From Escherichia coli (GTDB lineage: Bacteria; Pseudomonadota; Gammaproteobacteria; Enterobacterales; Enterobacteriaceae), in assembly GCF_044324785.1 (NCBI RefSeq), contig NZ_CP172127.1: a DNA stretch of 64,000 nt. The stretch is one strand, 5' to 3'. Each line of letters starts with the position of its first letter. Position 1 is the first letter of the stretch. The position numbers and the translations under genes are program-made. Below are positions 41,105 through 53,884 of this stretch, piece after piece. The notes beneath the pieces are model-generated. The model saw only the letters and a list, made by a program, of their open reading frames with translations, made no database searches and was not told the origin of the DNA.

Positions 41105-42166
41105 TTATTTTTCGCTGGGCGTTTTGCCTTTTTGCAGCGTTTCTTTCACCTGACCGATAAGCTGACGACGGAAATCCCCAAGGCGAGGTTTGTCATCGTC
41201 AATCCACGGCAGAGGGCGGCAAAGCTCCATAGCTTTAATCCCCAGTCGTGCCGTCAGAAGTCCAGCACCAATCCCCTGAGCTGCCCGGGTAGACAAACGC
41301 GCAGCGAGATCTTGCGACATCCAGTCCATCCCCACTTCGCGCACCAGTTCGCTGGCCCCGGCGAAAGCGATATTCAGCAATACCAGCTTAAACAGGCGCA
41401 AACGGCTGTAATATCCCAGTTCAATGCCATACAGCGTGGCGATGCGATTGATCAAACGCAGATTGCGCCAGGCGATAAATGCCATATCCACCAGCGCCAG
41501 CGGGCTAACGGCGATCATCAACGTTGATTCCGCTGCCGAACGGCTGATTTCGCGCCGCGCCTGGGCATCTAAAACTGGCTGGACCAGATGAGCATACAGG
41601 CTGACCACTTCACGATCGTTCTGCGTTTCATGGATTGAGGCATACCAGCGTTGCAGTGCCGGATGCGACTGGTCGATGCCCGCCTGCTGCGCCAGTTTTT
41701 CGCAAAATGCGCGGCCTTTACCCGTGCCGTGACTGTGCAACAAATCGCGCGCTTCGTCGCGTTCATGGGCGCGCTGTCGCAAGCGCCATAAGCGCCGCCA
41801 CTCTGTTACCACAGAACCTACGCCAGCGCCGATAATCAATGCCCCAGCGGCACATCCACCCAGCGCTACCCAATCCTGAGTTTGCCAGGCGTTCATTGTC
41901 CACTGTACGCCCTGCCCGACAACGCTTGCGCCAAACAGAGCCAGCCCGCCCATCACCATTTTGCGCCACAGGCTGCGTTTCGGACGTAACGCTGCGTCCA
42001 TCACCGCTTCAACTTGCCCTTCTTCTTCCGGTGCTTCGTCGAGCGTGGCCGGAGCAAAATTTTGCGCCTGATTTTCGTCAAAGGTCTGCTGCGCCCTGAA
42101 TTTTGGATTCTGATCGACCTCCAGTGGACCGTCGAAATCAATACGTGGTTTTAACGGTTCGGTCAT
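41105..42166 (-). CDS. ycjF: YcjF (DUF697 inner-membrane protein), 353 aa
   Basis: 353 aa with a central TM pair. Translationally coupled to ycjX. Confidence 0.8.
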   Translation of the reverse strand: MTEPLKPRIDFDGPLEVDQNPKFRAQQTFDENQAQNFAPATLDEAPEEEGQVEAVMDAALRPKRSLWRKMVMGGLALFGASVVGQGVQWTMNAWQTQDWVALGGCAAGALIIGAGVGSVVTEWRRLWRLRQRAHERDEARDLLHSHGTGKGRAFCEKLAQQAGIDQSHPALQRWYASIHETQNDREVVSLYAHLVQPVLDAQARREISRSAAESTLMIAVSPLALVDMAFIAWRNLRLINRIATLYGIELGYYSRLRLFKLVLLNIAFAGASELVREVGMDWMSQDLAARLSTRAAQGIGAGLLTARLGIKAMELCRPLPWIDDDKPRLGDFRRQLIGQVKETLQKGKTPSEK

Positions 42167-43560
42167 CGCAATTTATCTCCTATTAAAAATTCCAGCGCAG
42201 CATCAAGACGAATATGCGGCAGCGGTTTGTCGACATCCATCACCTGCGGACGAAACGCCTCAAACTGGAAGCCTTGCTTATCCCAGAACGCCTGACCAGG
42301 TAAACGTGCGGGAACTTCGCCAGGATAAACAGTGAGCGGTGCGCCATCGCTGAGTCGATTACCGCGCAGCGCCGGGATTTTCTCACCGTTAACATCAATA
42401 ATGCCGCTGGTGGTCGCCTGAACTGACGCCAGCCCCAGGCAGTCCATGCTGATCCCTTCGAAAGCCGCATTTTGCCAGGCATCCTGAATTAGTTGTTGCA
42501 GTAATGAAACCATATTGGCGTGCTGATCGATGGTCACATGGTCTGCTTTAGTGGCAGCAAACAATAGCTTATCGATAACCGGCGAAAACAAACGCCGGAA
42601 CAGGGTTCGCTGCCCGTAGTGGAAACTTTGCATCAGCTGCGTCAGCGCCAGACGCATATCATTAAATGCCTGTGGCCCACTGTTGAGAGGCTGCAGGCAA
42701 TCCACCAGCACAATCTGGCGGTCAAAGCGCAGAAAATGATTCTTATAGAATCCCTTCACCACTTTCTCGCAGTAATAATTAAACCGCTCGCGCAGCATTC
42801 CGGCATTGGTATGCTTATCGGCCTGCGCCAGTTTGGACTCGCCCCAGGCATCGACATCCGGCCACGGGAAGAATTGCAGCGCGGGCGCACCTGCCATATC
42901 TCCCGGCAAGACAAAGCGCCCAGGCTGAATAAAGTGCAACCCCTGCTGTTTGCAGTGGTGGAGATACTCGGTCCAGGCGGCGGCAATGTCTGCCAGCCGG
43001 TTTTCGTCGGCAGGCGCTAGCGGATCCAGCCCTTCGCACATCATTCGCCATTTCGCCGACCATTCGCCGCGCTGACCATTAAGTAAGCCCGTCATCTGGC
43101 GCGACCAGCTTAAATAGTCCTGCGCCAACATCGGCAGATCGAGCAGCCATTCGCCGGGATAATCCACAATCTCCAGATACAGCGTGGAGGTGTCCTTGAA
43201 GTGGCGTAGCAGCGAATCGTTCGATTTAAAACGTAACGCCAGGCGAATTTCACTGACGCCGCGCGTAGGCGTCGGCCAGGCGGGAGGATCGCCATATAAC
43301 TGCGCCAACCCTTCATCATAGGTGAAGCGCGGAATGCCAAAGTCACGCTGGGGAATGCGTTTTACGCCCAGCAGGCGCTCTTCACGCACCGCACTTAAAA
43401 GCGGCAAACGTGCTCCGGCATGAATATTGAGCAACTGATTAACCATCGCGGTGATAAACGCTGTTTTGCCGCTGCGGCTAAGTCCGGTTACAGCGAGGCG
43501 CAGATGTCTGTCGACACCCCGATTCACCAGCGCATTAAGTTCATTTTTAAGTCGCTTCAT
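42163..43560 (-). CDS. ycjX: YcjX (DUF463 P-loop NTPase), 465 aa
   Basis: Walker A GLSRSGKT near the N-terminus. Confidence 0.8.
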   Translation of the reverse strand: MKRLKNELNALVNRGVDRHLRLAVTGLSRSGKTAFITAMVNQLLNIHAGARLPLLSAVREERLLGVKRIPQRDFGIPRFTYDEGLAQLYGDPPAWPTPTRGVSEIRLALRFKSNDSLLRHFKDTSTLYLEIVDYPGEWLLDLPMLAQDYLSWSRQMTGLLNGQRGEWSAKWRMMCEGLDPLAPADENRLADIAAAWTEYLHHCKQQGLHFIQPGRFVLPGDMAGAPALQFFPWPDVDAWGESKLAQADKHTNAGMLRERFNYYCEKVVKGFYKNHFLRFDRQIVLVDCLQPLNSGPQAFNDMRLALTQLMQSFHYGQRTLFRRLFSPVIDKLLFAATKADHVTIDQHANMVSLLQQLIQDAWQNAAFEGISMDCLGLASVQATTSGIIDVNGEKIPALRGNRLSDGAPLTVYPGEVPARLPGQAFWDKQGFQFEAFRPQVMDVDKPLPHIRLDAALEFLIGDKLR

Positions 43561-43678
43561 TGCTGTCCTGTGCCAGAAAGCTGTAGAAAGGATTAGATAC
43601 TGGAGATAATAATGTGGGTTAATTTTGATTTATCAAATGAATAAGCGGCGTTGTTTACACCGCTCAATAAGTAATTTG

Positions 43679-43993
43679 TTAACCTTTGACCTTCGGCATT
43701 GCGATGTCTTTCAGGCCACCGGCGTTCTCAACGTGGGTATATCCCATCTCGCTAAGGATCTCTTTTGCCTGCCCTGACTGGCGTCCGGCATTGCAATACA
43801 CTTTCACGGTGTCGTTTTTATCCGGAACGGCGGTGGCAATGCGCTCTTTTACTTCCTTCAGGGGAATATTGATGGCCCCCTGAACGTGCTCTTGCTGATA
43901 CTGCTCTGGAACACGAACATCGATCCAGTGTTCAGCGGCGAAAACGGGCAGTGAAAACACCAGTGTCAGAGCAAGTAAGCCTTTTTTAAACAT
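43679..43993 (-). CDS. pspE: PspE periplasmic rhodanese (thiosulfate sulfurtransferase), 104 aa
   Basis: MFKKGLLALTLVFSLPVFAAEHWIDVRVPEQYQQEHVQGAINIP... with active-site CNAGRQS. Confidence 0.9.
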   Translation of the reverse strand: MFKKGLLALTLVFSLPVFAAEHWIDVRVPEQYQQEHVQGAINIPLKEVKERIATAVPDKNDTVKVYCNAGRQSGQAKEILSEMGYTHVENAGGLKDIAMPKVKG

Positions 43994-44067
43994 GTAAGCG
44001 TCCTTCTATGGATGAAAATTGCCATCCATAATATGCCTTAGCTTTAACAATTTTTGCGAAACTCCCC

Positions 44068-44289
44068 TCACCTTTTATAACGCTGCGCCAGTTTATTGGC
44101 AGCCCGACTTAACAGCGGTTCCAGCGCCACGGCCAGCAACATTTTCAGTGGTCGGCGAGCAACTGATTTTATCGCCCAGCCAGCTACACCCGCCGGGCCA
44201 TAGCGCAGTGCGGTAAGAAGTACCAGCTTGCCTGCTAATTTGAAACCAGGCTTCACCTTTTGCCCGGCCTGTTGCCAGCGAGTATTCAT
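44068..44289 (-). CDS. pspD: PspD, 73 aa
   Basis: [25 protein letters not shown]... Confidence 0.85.
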
Positions 44290-44297
44290 AACTTTCC

Positions 44298-44657
44298 TCA
44301 CAGTTGACGGAAACGGCTACGTAACGTGAAAGTATCGGAAGTGACATAACGTTCCATCTCGCGTAAACGCGTTTCACTTGCCGCCAGTTCACGGTCGACT
44401 TCATCCAACAATTCGCTGCTGGAAGGTAGCTGCTCACCAAAGGCCATGTTGTCCGGCATTGGATCAAGCGCAAATGACAAAATGATGTAAGCAACCAGGG
44501 TAAACAGCGCCAGACCGAAGAAAATCGACAGCACCACCAGGATACGCACCAGTTTTACCGGTACATCAAAATAGTTGGCAATCCCGGCGCAAACGCCGCG
44601 TACCATGCCCTGCTGCGGAATACGCCATAATTTTTTATTGAGATTAATGCCCGCCAT
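44298..44657 (-). CDS. pspC: PspC, 119 aa
   Basis: [30 protein letters not shown]... Confidence 0.9.
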
Positions 44658-44881
44658 TAGCGATCCCTCCAGTTCGGATGTTCTGCATCAAGAATAGATT
44701 CCAGCGCCTGAGTACGTTCGCGCATCCGTTTTGCTTCATCAGCCAGTTGCGCTAATCGCTGCTGCTCACTTTGCGACAATTCACTGCGACCAGAACGATT
44801 GCTGTAATGCAGCCATAACCAGATCGGTAAAACAAACAGCACAAAAATGGTTAACGGAATAGCCAGAAATAGCGCGCTCAT
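44657..44881 (-). CDS. pspB: PspB, 74 aa
   Basis: MSALFLAIPLTIFVLFVLPIWLWLHY... Confidence 0.9.
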   Translation of the reverse strand: MSALFLAIPLTIFVLFVLPIWLWLHYSNRSGRSELSQSEQQRLAQLADEAKRMRERTQALESILDAEHPNWRDR

Positions 44882-44934
44882 AAGGACTCCTTAGACGATG
44901 AGCGGCGGCGCGTTCGGACGCCGCCTGGATGTTA

Positions 44935-45675
<741 letters not shown>

Positions 45676-45769
45676 TTATCTTTTTGATTTATAAAGATCT
45701 GATTGAAGAATCAACAGCAGCATGCCAGGATAAGTTAGCGAATTACACTAACAAGTGGCGAATTTCATC

Positions 45770-46747
45770 ATGGCAGAATACAAAGATAATTTACTCGGCG
45801 AGGCGAACAGCTTTCTCGAAGTGCTGGAACAGGTTTCGCATCTCGCACCGCTGGACAAACCGGTGCTCATCATCGGCGAGCGCGGCACAGGTAAAGAGCT
45901 GATTGCCAGCCGTCTGCATTATCTCTCCTCCCGTTGGCAGGGGCCGTTTATTTCCCTTAACTGCGCGGCGTTAAATGAAAATCTGCTGGATTCCGAACTG
46001 TTTGGTCACGAAGCGGGCGCGTTTACCGGTGCGCAAAAACGTCATCCAGGGAGATTTGAACGTGCCGACGGCGGTACGCTATTTCTTGATGAACTCGCTA
46101 CGGCACCGATGATGGTACAGGAGAAATTATTGCGCGTGATTGAGTACGGTGAACTGGAGCGCGTTGGCGGCAGCCAGCCATTGCAGGTGAATGTGCGGTT
46201 GGTATGCGCGACGAATGCCGATCTCCCGGCGATGGTCAATGAAGGTACTTTTCGCGCTGACCTGCTCGACCGGCTGGCTTTCGATGTAGTGCAACTGCCG
46301 CCCCTGCGCGAGCGCGAAAGCGACATTATGCTGATGGCAGAACACTTTGCCATTCAGATGTGTCGGGAAATCAAGCTGCCTCTGTTCCCGGGGTTTACGG
46401 AGCGCGCCAGAGAAACATTGCTGAATTATCGCTGGCCGGGAAATATTCGTGAATTGAAAAACGTGGTGGAACGTTCAGTGTATCGCCACGGCACCAGCGA
46501 TTATCCGCTTGATGACATCATTATTGATCCCTTTAAACGGCGTCCGCCTGAAGACGCTATCGCCGTTTCAGAAACCATCTCGCTTCCAACACTGCCGCTG
46601 GATTTACGTGAGTTTCAGATGCAGCAGGAAAAAGAGTTGCTGCAACTCAGTTTGCAACAAGGGAAATATAACCAGAAGCGCGCGGCTGAATTACTGGGGT
46701 TAACCTATCATCAGTTCCGCGCGTTGTTGAAAAAGCACCAGATTTAG
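45770..46747 (+). CDS. pspF: PspF, sigma54 enhancer-binding activator (no receiver domain), about 325 aa
   Basis: MAEYKDNLLGEANSFLEVLEQVSHLA... has GERGTGKE Walker A, GAFTGA and a C-terminal HTH. Confidence 0.9.
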   Translation: MAEYKDNLLGEANSFLEVLEQVSHLAPLDKPVLIIGERGTGKELIASRLHYLSSRWQGPFISLNCAALNENLLDSELFGHEAGAFTGAQKRHPGRFERADGGTLFLDELATAPMMVQEKLLRVIEYGELERVGGSQPLQVNVRLVCATNADLPAMVNEGTFRADLLDRLAFDVVQLPPLRERESDIMLMAEHFAIQMCREIKLPLFPGFTERARETLLNYRWPGNIRELKNVVERSVYRHGTSDYPLDDIIIDPFKRRPPEDAIAVSETISLPTLPLDLREFQMQQEKELLQLSLQQGKYNQKRAAELLGLTYHQFRALLKKHQI

Positions 46748-46828
46748 CGAAGTTGGGCAATACAACTTGCCGGATGCGGCGTGAATTGAACTGCACCCCA
46801 AATGTTGGACATAATCTGACATCTGAAG

Positions 46829-47359
46829 GTGCAGTTTATGAAACATTCATTTGAAGTAAAACTTGCCGCTGTAAATCATTACCTGGCTGGTCATGCAGGC
46901 ATCATTTCTACGGCAAAACTCTTTCAACTTTCTCACACCAGCCTCTCACACTGGATTAATCTTTTTCTTCTTCACGGTCCTCGGGCACTGGATTGCAGAC
47001 ACAAGCGTAGCTATTCTCCTGAAGATAAACTTTGCGTGGTTCTTTATGCTCTCGGGCATTCTGAGTCTCTACCCCGGGTAGCTGCCCGGTTTAACATTCC
47101 CAGCCACAACACGGTTAAAAACTGGATAAAAGGCTACCGCAAATCTGGTAATGAGGCCTTTATCAGGCGCAGGAAGGAGAAAAGCATGACCCGTTCTGAT
47201 GATACCCATGAAAACGAGGCAAACATGACGCCGGAAGAGATGAAGAATGAGCTGCGTTATCTTCGCGCAGAAAATGCATATCTGAAAGCCATGCAGGAGC
47301 ATCTCCTGGAAAAAAAGCGCCAGGAGCTGGAGAAAAAACGAAAGTCATCCGGAGCCTGA
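46829..47359 (+). CDS. IS3-family OrfA (HTH/leucine-zipper transposase N-terminal part), 176 aa
   Basis: MKHSFEVKLAAVNHYLAGHAG... with a coiled-coil C-terminus. A slippery A7G heptamer near 47307-47313 suggests a programmed -1 frameshift. Confidence 0.8.
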   Translation: MQFMKHSFEVKLAAVNHYLAGHAGIISTAKLFQLSHTSLSHWINLFLLHGPRALDCRHKRSYSPEDKLCVVLYALGHSESLPRVAARFNIPSHNTVKNWIKGYRKSGNEAFIRRRKEKSMTRSDDTHENEANMTPEEMKNELRYLRAENAYLKAMQEHLLEKKRQELEKKRKSSGA

Positions 47360-47463
47360 GGTGCGGACACTGCCAGTCTGACCTGTTAAAGGCTGCAGGG
47401 CTGGCCAGAAGCACGCTGTACTACCAGCTGTCACTGCAGAAGGCTAAGGACAAGTATGCTGAT

Positions 47464-48218
<755 letters not shown>

Positions 48219-48313
48219 GAATGCTTTATCCGGCATACATAATCAATACGTCGTTTGCAGGCCTGATAAGCGCAGCGCATCAGACATTATTGCGTTGACC
48301 CTGCTTCTGCGTA

Positions 48314-49579
48314 TTAATCTTTCAGCGCATCCTGCAAAATTTTCATTGCCGCATCGAATTGCGCATCCGGGATGGTCAGCGGATACAGGAAACGAATCAC
48401 GTTGCCGTATGCGCCACAGGTCAGCAGAAGCAGCCCCTGCGCCAGCGCGCGTTGCTGGATTTTCTGTGCAATCGCCGCTGACGGCTCGCCCGTTTGCGGA
48501 TCGTTAAACTCTGCCGCAATCATAGACCCCAGACCGCGTACCGCCGCGATGGCCGGAACGCTTTCTTTGGCATCAATCAACGTGTTTGTCAGGCGCTGGC
48601 CCAGTTGATTCGCGCGTTCACAGAGTGATTCTTTGTCGATAATGTTGAGCACAGCGTGCGCGGCAGCCACCGCCAGCGGGTTCCCGGCGTAAGTACCACC
48701 CAACCCGCCCGGCGCGGGCGCGTCCATAATATTCGCGTTACCGACCACGCCCGAAAGCGGCATGCCGCCTGCGAGGCTTTTCGCCATCGTCATTAAGTCC
48801 GGCTTATCGGCGTAGTGATCCATGGCAAACAGTTTACCGGTACGCGCAAAGCCGCTTTGCACTTCATCGGCAATCATCACAATGCCGTGCTCGTCGCACA
48901 GGCGGCGAATGGCGGCAACCAGCTCTTTGGGTGCAACGTTGAAACCGCCCTCGCCCTGCACCGGTTCGAAAATAATCGCCGCCACCTGCTTCGCTTCAAT
49001 GTCCGATTTAAACAAGCGTTCGATGGCGTCGAGGGAGTCCTGCGTTGAAACGCCATGTAAATCTGACGGATAAGGTACGTGATATACCGAACCGGGGAAC
49101 GGGCCGAAGCCGATTTTGTACGGCGCGACCTTTCCGGTCAGCGCCATGGTCATATATGTACGACCGTGGAAGCCGCCGCTAAACGCAATCACGCCAGGGC
49201 GTCCGGTATGGGCGCGGGCGATTTTCACCGCGTTCTCCACCGCTTCCGCACCGGTAGTGAAGAACGCAGTTTTAGCCTGCCCGCTCACCGGGGCAAGGGC
49301 GTTGATTTTCTCCGCCAGGGTGACGTAGCTTTCGTACGGCACAATCTGATACGCCGTGTGGGTAAACTGTTGCAATTGCTGCTCCACCGCCGCGACCAGA
49401 TCAGGGTGGCGATGCCCGGTATTCAGCACCGCAATGCCTGCGGCGAAATCGATATATTCGTTGCCCTCTACATCCTTCAGCGTGGCGTTTTCTGCCGACT
49501 GGGCGAAGAAGTTACACATCACGCCAACCCCGCGTGGGGTAGCAGAAAGACGACGCTGATGGAATTCATTGTTGCTCAT
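48314..49579 (-). CDS. puuE: 4-Aminobutyrate aminotransferase PuuE, 421 aa
   Basis: Class-III PLP aminotransferase, 421 aa. Confidence 0.9.
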   Translation of the reverse strand: MSNNEFHQRRLSATPRGVGVMCNFFAQSAENATLKDVEGNEYIDFAAGIAVLNTGHRHPDLVAAVEQQLQQFTHTAYQIVPYESYVTLAEKINALAPVSGQAKTAFFTTGAEAVENAVKIARAHTGRPGVIAFSGGFHGRTYMTMALTGKVAPYKIGFGPFPGSVYHVPYPSDLHGVSTQDSLDAIERLFKSDIEAKQVAAIIFEPVQGEGGFNVAPKELVAAIRRLCDEHGIVMIADEVQSGFARTGKLFAMDHYADKPDLMTMAKSLAGGMPLSGVVGNANIMDAPAPGGLGGTYAGNPLAVAAAHAVLNIIDKESLCERANQLGQRLTNTLIDAKESVPAIAAVRGLGSMIAAEFNDPQTGEPSAAIAQKIQQRALAQGLLLLTCGAYGNVIRFLYPLTIPDAQFDAAMKILQDALKD

Positions 49580-49616
49580 GTTTCACACCTTTTGACTCTT
49601 CACTGTTAATCGGAAA

Positions 49617-50897
49617 TTAAACGCCCAGACGATCGCGCAGGCTGTAATAAGCCGCGCCCATCGCGGTAAATGGCACGCGCAGCGTGCGCCCGCCGGGGAA
49701 CGGGTAATGCGGCAGATTGGCGAAGGCGTCGAAGCGTTCGGCGTCACCGCGCAGCAGTTCAGCAATCAAACGCCCGGCAAGATGGGTACAGGTGACGCCG
49801 TGGCCGCTGTAACCCTGCATGTAATAGATGTTGGTATCAAGGCGACCGAACTGCGGCATGCGCGACAAGGTCAGCAGGAAGTTGCCCGTCCAGCGGTAAT
49901 CAATTTTCACGCCCTTCAGCTGCGGGAAGGTTTTCAGCAGTTTCGGCACAACAAGACGCTCAACGTCATCTGGGTCGCGCGCGCCGTAGACCACGCCGCC
50001 GCCGTACAGCAGGCGGTTATCGGCAGTCAGGCGGTAGTAATCAAGCAGATAGTTACAGTCTTCCACGCAGTAGTTTTTCGGGATCAGCGAACGGGCTAAA
50101 TCATCGGAAAGCCGCTCGGTGGTGATCACCTGCGTACCGCACGGCATGCTGCGTTTCGCTAGTTCCGGCTCTACTTTATCGCCCAGATACGCATTCCCGG
50201 CGACAACCACATACTTCGCCGTCACCTGACCATTGGCAGTCCGCACCACGGCTGGCGTGGTGTGCTGGATCTGCGTCACGGCGGAAAGCTCATACACGCG
50301 CCCGCCGTTCAGGCGGATGGCATCGGCTTCACCAATGGCGAGGTTTAGCGGGTGAATATGCCCACCGCTGTGATCCAGCAGCGCACCAGTGTAGCGATCG
50401 CTGGCGACCTCGCGGCGAATAGCGTTGGCGTCCAGCAGCTCCAGCTGTTTATTGCCGTAGCGTTCCCAGTTCTCTTTCTGCTCTTCGAGTGTGGCGAGTT
50501 GTTTATCATTCATCGCCACAAACAGACCGCCGGGGCGATAGTCGCAGTCAATCTGATAACGTTTGATACGTTCGCGGATGATCTCGCCACCCTCGAACAT
50601 CATGCTGCCGAGCATACGGGCGGTGTCCATGCCGTAGCTTTTTTCGATCACGTCGATGTCGCGGCTGTAGGAGTTCACAAGCTGCCCGCCGTTGCGTCCG
50701 CTTGCGCCGAAGCCGATGCGTGAGGCTTCAAGAACCACCACGTCAAAGCCCGCTTCTGCCAGATGCAGCGCGGAGGAAAGCCCGGTATAGCCGCCGCCGA
50801 CCACGCAAACATCGCAGGAAATCGACTCATTCAGTGTGTCGAATGGCGCGTATTTATTCGCACTGGCGGCGTAATAACTGCTGGTATGTTCGGTCAT
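49617..50897 (-). CDS. puuB: Gamma-glutamylputrescine oxidase PuuB (FAD), 426 aa
   Basis: FAD-binding motif VCVVGGGYTGLSSA near the N-terminus. Confidence 0.9.
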   Translation of the reverse strand: MTEHTSSYYAASANKYAPFDTLNESISCDVCVVGGGYTGLSSALHLAEAGFDVVVLEASRIGFGASGRNGGQLVNSYSRDIDVIEKSYGMDTARMLGSMMFEGGEIIRERIKRYQIDCDYRPGGLFVAMNDKQLATLEEQKENWERYGNKQLELLDANAIRREVASDRYTGALLDHSGGHIHPLNLAIGEADAIRLNGGRVYELSAVTQIQHTTPAVVRTANGQVTAKYVVVAGNAYLGDKVEPELAKRSMPCGTQVITTERLSDDLARSLIPKNYCVEDCNYLLDYYRLTADNRLLYGGGVVYGARDPDDVERLVVPKLLKTFPQLKGVKIDYRWTGNFLLTLSRMPQFGRLDTNIYYMQGYSGHGVTCTHLAGRLIAELLRGDAERFDAFANLPHYPFPGGRTLRVPFTAMGAAYYSLRDRLGV

Positions 50898-50898
50898 T

Positions 50899-52386
50899 TC
50901 AGGCCTCCAGGCTTATCCAGATGGTTTTCAGTTCGGTGAATTTTTCAAGGGCATGCAGGGATTTGTCGCGACCGTTGCCGCTCTGCTTATAGCCGCCAAA
51001 CGGCACTGTCATATCGCCATCGTTGTAGTTATTGACGAAGACGGAACCGGCTTTCAGGCGGCGACTCATGCGGTGCGCGCGGGAGAGGTCGCGCGTCCAT
51101 ACTGCCGCGCCGAGGCCGTACTGGCTGTCGTTAGCAAGCTGAAGCGCCTGATCTTCTGATGTGAAACGCGTGACCACCAACACCGGGCCGAAAATCTCTT
51201 CGCGGCTTAAGGACGCATTCGGGTCTACATCCACAAAGATGGTCGGGCCGATGGCGGCAGCCAGCTCGGCGTTACGGCCATCCAGCAGCAGTTGCCCTTT
51301 GCCTTCGCCTTCACGAATAAAGCTATGCACCGAGTCGGCGTGGGCGCAGTCGATTAAGGTGCCCATGGTGGTTGCGGGATCAAGTGGATGGCCCGGCTGC
51401 CAGTTTTGCGCCTGCTGTTTTAACAGGGCTAAGAATTCATCGGCGATGCTCTCTTCCAGCAACAAACGCGTTCCGGCGATGCACACCTGGCCCTGGTTGT
51501 AGAAAATGCCTGCGGCGGTGGCGCTTGCCGCCTGTTGCAAATTCGGGCAGTCGGCGAAAACGATGTTGGCGCTTTTGCCGCCCGCCTCCAGCCAGACGCG
51601 TTTCATGTTGCTGTCGCCCGCGTCCTTCAGCAGCTGTTTCCCGGTGCGGGTTGAGCCAGTAAAGGCAATGGCATCGATATCGTTATGGCGCGAAAGCGCC
51701 TGCCCGGCTTCATGACCAAAACCCGTCACCACGTTCAACACACCATCCGGCAGCCCCGCGTCTTTCGCCAGCCCCGCGAGACGAATCGCACTGAGCGGTG
51801 ATTTTTCAGACGGTTTTAGAATCACGCTGTTTCCCGCCGCCAGCGCCGGGCCGAGTTTCCAGCAAGTCAGCAGCAGCGGGAAGTTCCACGGCACGATGGC
51901 GGCAATCACGCCGACCGGTTCACGCACGATCATCGCCAGCTCATGGCTACTGGTGGTCGCCACTTCGCCATACACTTTGTCGATCGCTTCGGCGTACCAG
52001 CGAATGGCGCGCGCCGCGCCGGGAATATCATCACGCAGGCTGTGACGAATCGGTTTACCGGTGTCGAGCGTTTCCAGCAGTGCCAGCTCTTCGGCGTTGG
52101 CTTCCATTAAATCGGCGAGTTTATTCAGTACCGCTTTACGTTTAGCCGGAGAAGAGAGTGACCAGTCGCCGCGTTCAAATACGCCGCGTGCTGCGCTCAC
52201 CGCACGGTCGATATCGACGCTCTTGCCGCGGGCAATTTTCGCCAGCGGTGCCTGGGTGACCGGATCAACGGTTTCAAAAGTTTCATTTTCCGCCGCAGCA
52301 GTATATTCACCGTTAATAAATAAGCGGGTTTCAATGGCGAGACTTAACGCTTTATCCTGCCAGTAAGCCAGATGATGAAAATTCAT
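50899..52386 (-). CDS. puuC: Gamma-glutamyl-gamma-aminobutyraldehyde dehydrogenase PuuC, about 495 aa
   Basis: Aldehyde dehydrogenase family. Start taken at MNFHHLAYWQDK. Confidence 0.85.
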   Translation of the reverse strand: MNFHHLAYWQDKALSLAIETRLFINGEYTAAAENETFETVDPVTQAPLAKIARGKSVDIDRAVSAARGVFERGDWSLSSPAKRKAVLNKLADLMEANAEELALLETLDTGKPIRHSLRDDIPGAARAIRWYAEAIDKVYGEVATTSSHELAMIVREPVGVIAAIVPWNFPLLLTCWKLGPALAAGNSVILKPSEKSPLSAIRLAGLAKDAGLPDGVLNVVTGFGHEAGQALSRHNDIDAIAFTGSTRTGKQLLKDAGDSNMKRVWLEAGGKSANIVFADCPNLQQAASATAAGIFYNQGQVCIAGTRLLLEESIADEFLALLKQQAQNWQPGHPLDPATTMGTLIDCAHADSVHSFIREGEGKGQLLLDGRNAELAAAIGPTIFVDVDPNASLSREEIFGPVLVVTRFTSEDQALQLANDSQYGLGAAVWTRDLSRAHRMSRRLKAGSVFVNNYNDGDMTVPFGGYKQSGNGRDKSLHALEKFTELKTIWISLEA

Positions 52387-52535
52387 TATGACTCCTGTTT
52401 CACGTCTATCAGATATATGCAGTTTGTGAACGTCAGGGCGCAGAGATCCCCGGGCCGTATGCCCGTTTATTTCTGGCGACATTCTTTATAGATTGCCGGG
52501 CGCATTGCGCTTACCCGGCTTACAGAACAAAAAGA

Positions 52536-53093
52536 TTAAAACGTGGTGGGCGTATGGGCGCTGATAATTCGGCAAATACCTGCCGACGTATTACTGAAAC
52601 TGTGCGGGATGCCGGTATTAATGGCATAACTTTGCCCCGCGACGAGGTGGTAATCCTGACCATTAATCGTCAGAACAATTTCACCTTCCAGTACAGTGCC
52701 TATTTCCTCACCCTGATGCTTAATTCTTTCCCCAGTGGTTGTGCCCGGCTGGTAAGTTTCAAAGATCATCGCCAGCGTGCGATTCGGGTTACCGTTATGA
52801 ACCAGCTTCATTGACACACCCTGACTGCCCATCTCAATTAAGTCGTCCTGATTAATGACGACCTGCGGCTCATCAGGTTTTTCCGGCTCGGAAAAGAATT
52901 CCGAGAGTGACAGACCATACACCTTCAGCAGCTTTTGCAGCGTACTTATGGCAGGGCTGACTTTATCTTGTTCTATCGTACTGATAGCACTGTGAGTCAG
53001 CCCGGAGAGTTCGGCGGCACGACGTTGTGAAAGCCCCTGCTGCTGGCGGATTTCCGACAAGCGTTTTCCTGGCGCCAGTCCCTCATCACTCAT
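52536..53093 (-). CDS. puuR: PuuR repressor (XRE HTH plus cupin), 185 aa
   Basis: N-terminal HTH_XRE and C-terminal cupin. Confidence 0.9.
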   Translation of the reverse strand: MSDEGLAPGKRLSEIRQQQGLSQRRAAELSGLTHSAISTIEQDKVSPAISTLQKLLKVYGLSLSEFFSEPEKPDEPQVVINQDDLIEMGSQGVSMKLVHNGNPNRTLAMIFETYQPGTTTGERIKHQGEEIGTVLEGEIVLTINGQDYHLVAGQSYAINTGIPHSFSNTSAGICRIISAHTPTTF

Positions 53094-53119
53094 ATTTGCA
53101 TTTCCTTAAACTGTAGTGG

Positions 53120-53884
53120 TCAGAGTCGCTGTTTTTCAGCGATATGGTGCTGACAAGCGGTGATAAAGCCCTCGAACAATATACGCGAAAGCGCGTACTC
53201 GCTACTGTTCCATTCCGGGTGCCACTGTACGCCCAGCGCAAAAGGATGATTGATGACGCTAACCGCCTCAACTAAGCCATCCGGCGAGCGAGCTTCAACA
53301 CGCAACCGTGGGCTAACGACCTTCGCCCCTTGTCCATGCAGAGAGTTTACCCAAAAGTTGCTACATTCAGGTAACAACGCAGACAGTAATCCCCCCTCTT
53401 CAACCAGAACTTCATGCGACGGCGCATATTGCTGCTCCACCGGCAGTTCGGGATCTTCCCGATGTTCCAGCAATTCAGGCTGTTCGCACAGCTTGCGATG
53501 CAACGAACCACCGGTTGCCACCACCAGTTCCTGTAAACCCCGGCAGATGGCGAAAATGGGGATGCGCCTTTCGAGTGCGGCATTAATTAACGCCATGCTC
53601 AGAAGATCACGCCCAGGATCGGCGTCAGGCTCATCGCCGTTTTCACCATATAGGTGCGGCTGCACATTGCTGGGACTACCAGGAAGATAAATACCATCGA
53701 GTTTCGGCAAAAGTTGTTCAAGTAATGACGGTTCCGCCAGCGCATGTGGCAGCGCAATTGGCAAGCCGCCTGCGTGGATGATGGCATTCAGGTACTTTTC
53801 TTGCAGAGTCTGGGTCGCATGACCCTTAAGCCTGTTCCTGCACATTACGACACCGATAACCGGATTGTTCATTATATTTTCCAT
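53120..53884 (-). CDS. puuD: Gamma-glutamyl-GABA hydrolase PuuD (class-I glutamine amidotransferase), about 254 aa
   Basis: MENIMNNPVIGVVMCRNRL... with a catalytic Cys in AICRGLQ. Confidence 0.9.
   Translation of the reverse strand: MENIMNNPVIGVVMCRNRLKGHATQTLQEKYLNAIIHAGGLPIALPHALAEPSLLEQLLPKLDGIYLPGSPSNVQPHLYGENGDEPDADPGRDLLSMALINAALERRIPIFAICRGLQELVVATGGSLHRKLCEQPELLEHREDPELPVEQQYAPSHEVLVEEGGLLSALLPECSNFWVNSLHGQGAKVVSPRLRVEARSPDGLVEAVSVINHPFALGVQWHPEWNSSEYALSRILFEGFITACQHHIAEKQRL

Noticed and set aside
44093-44494. 133-aa minus-strand ORF spanning pspD and pspC in another frame
   Set aside because: It overlaps the well-recognised pspC and pspD reading frames and is an alternative-frame artefact.
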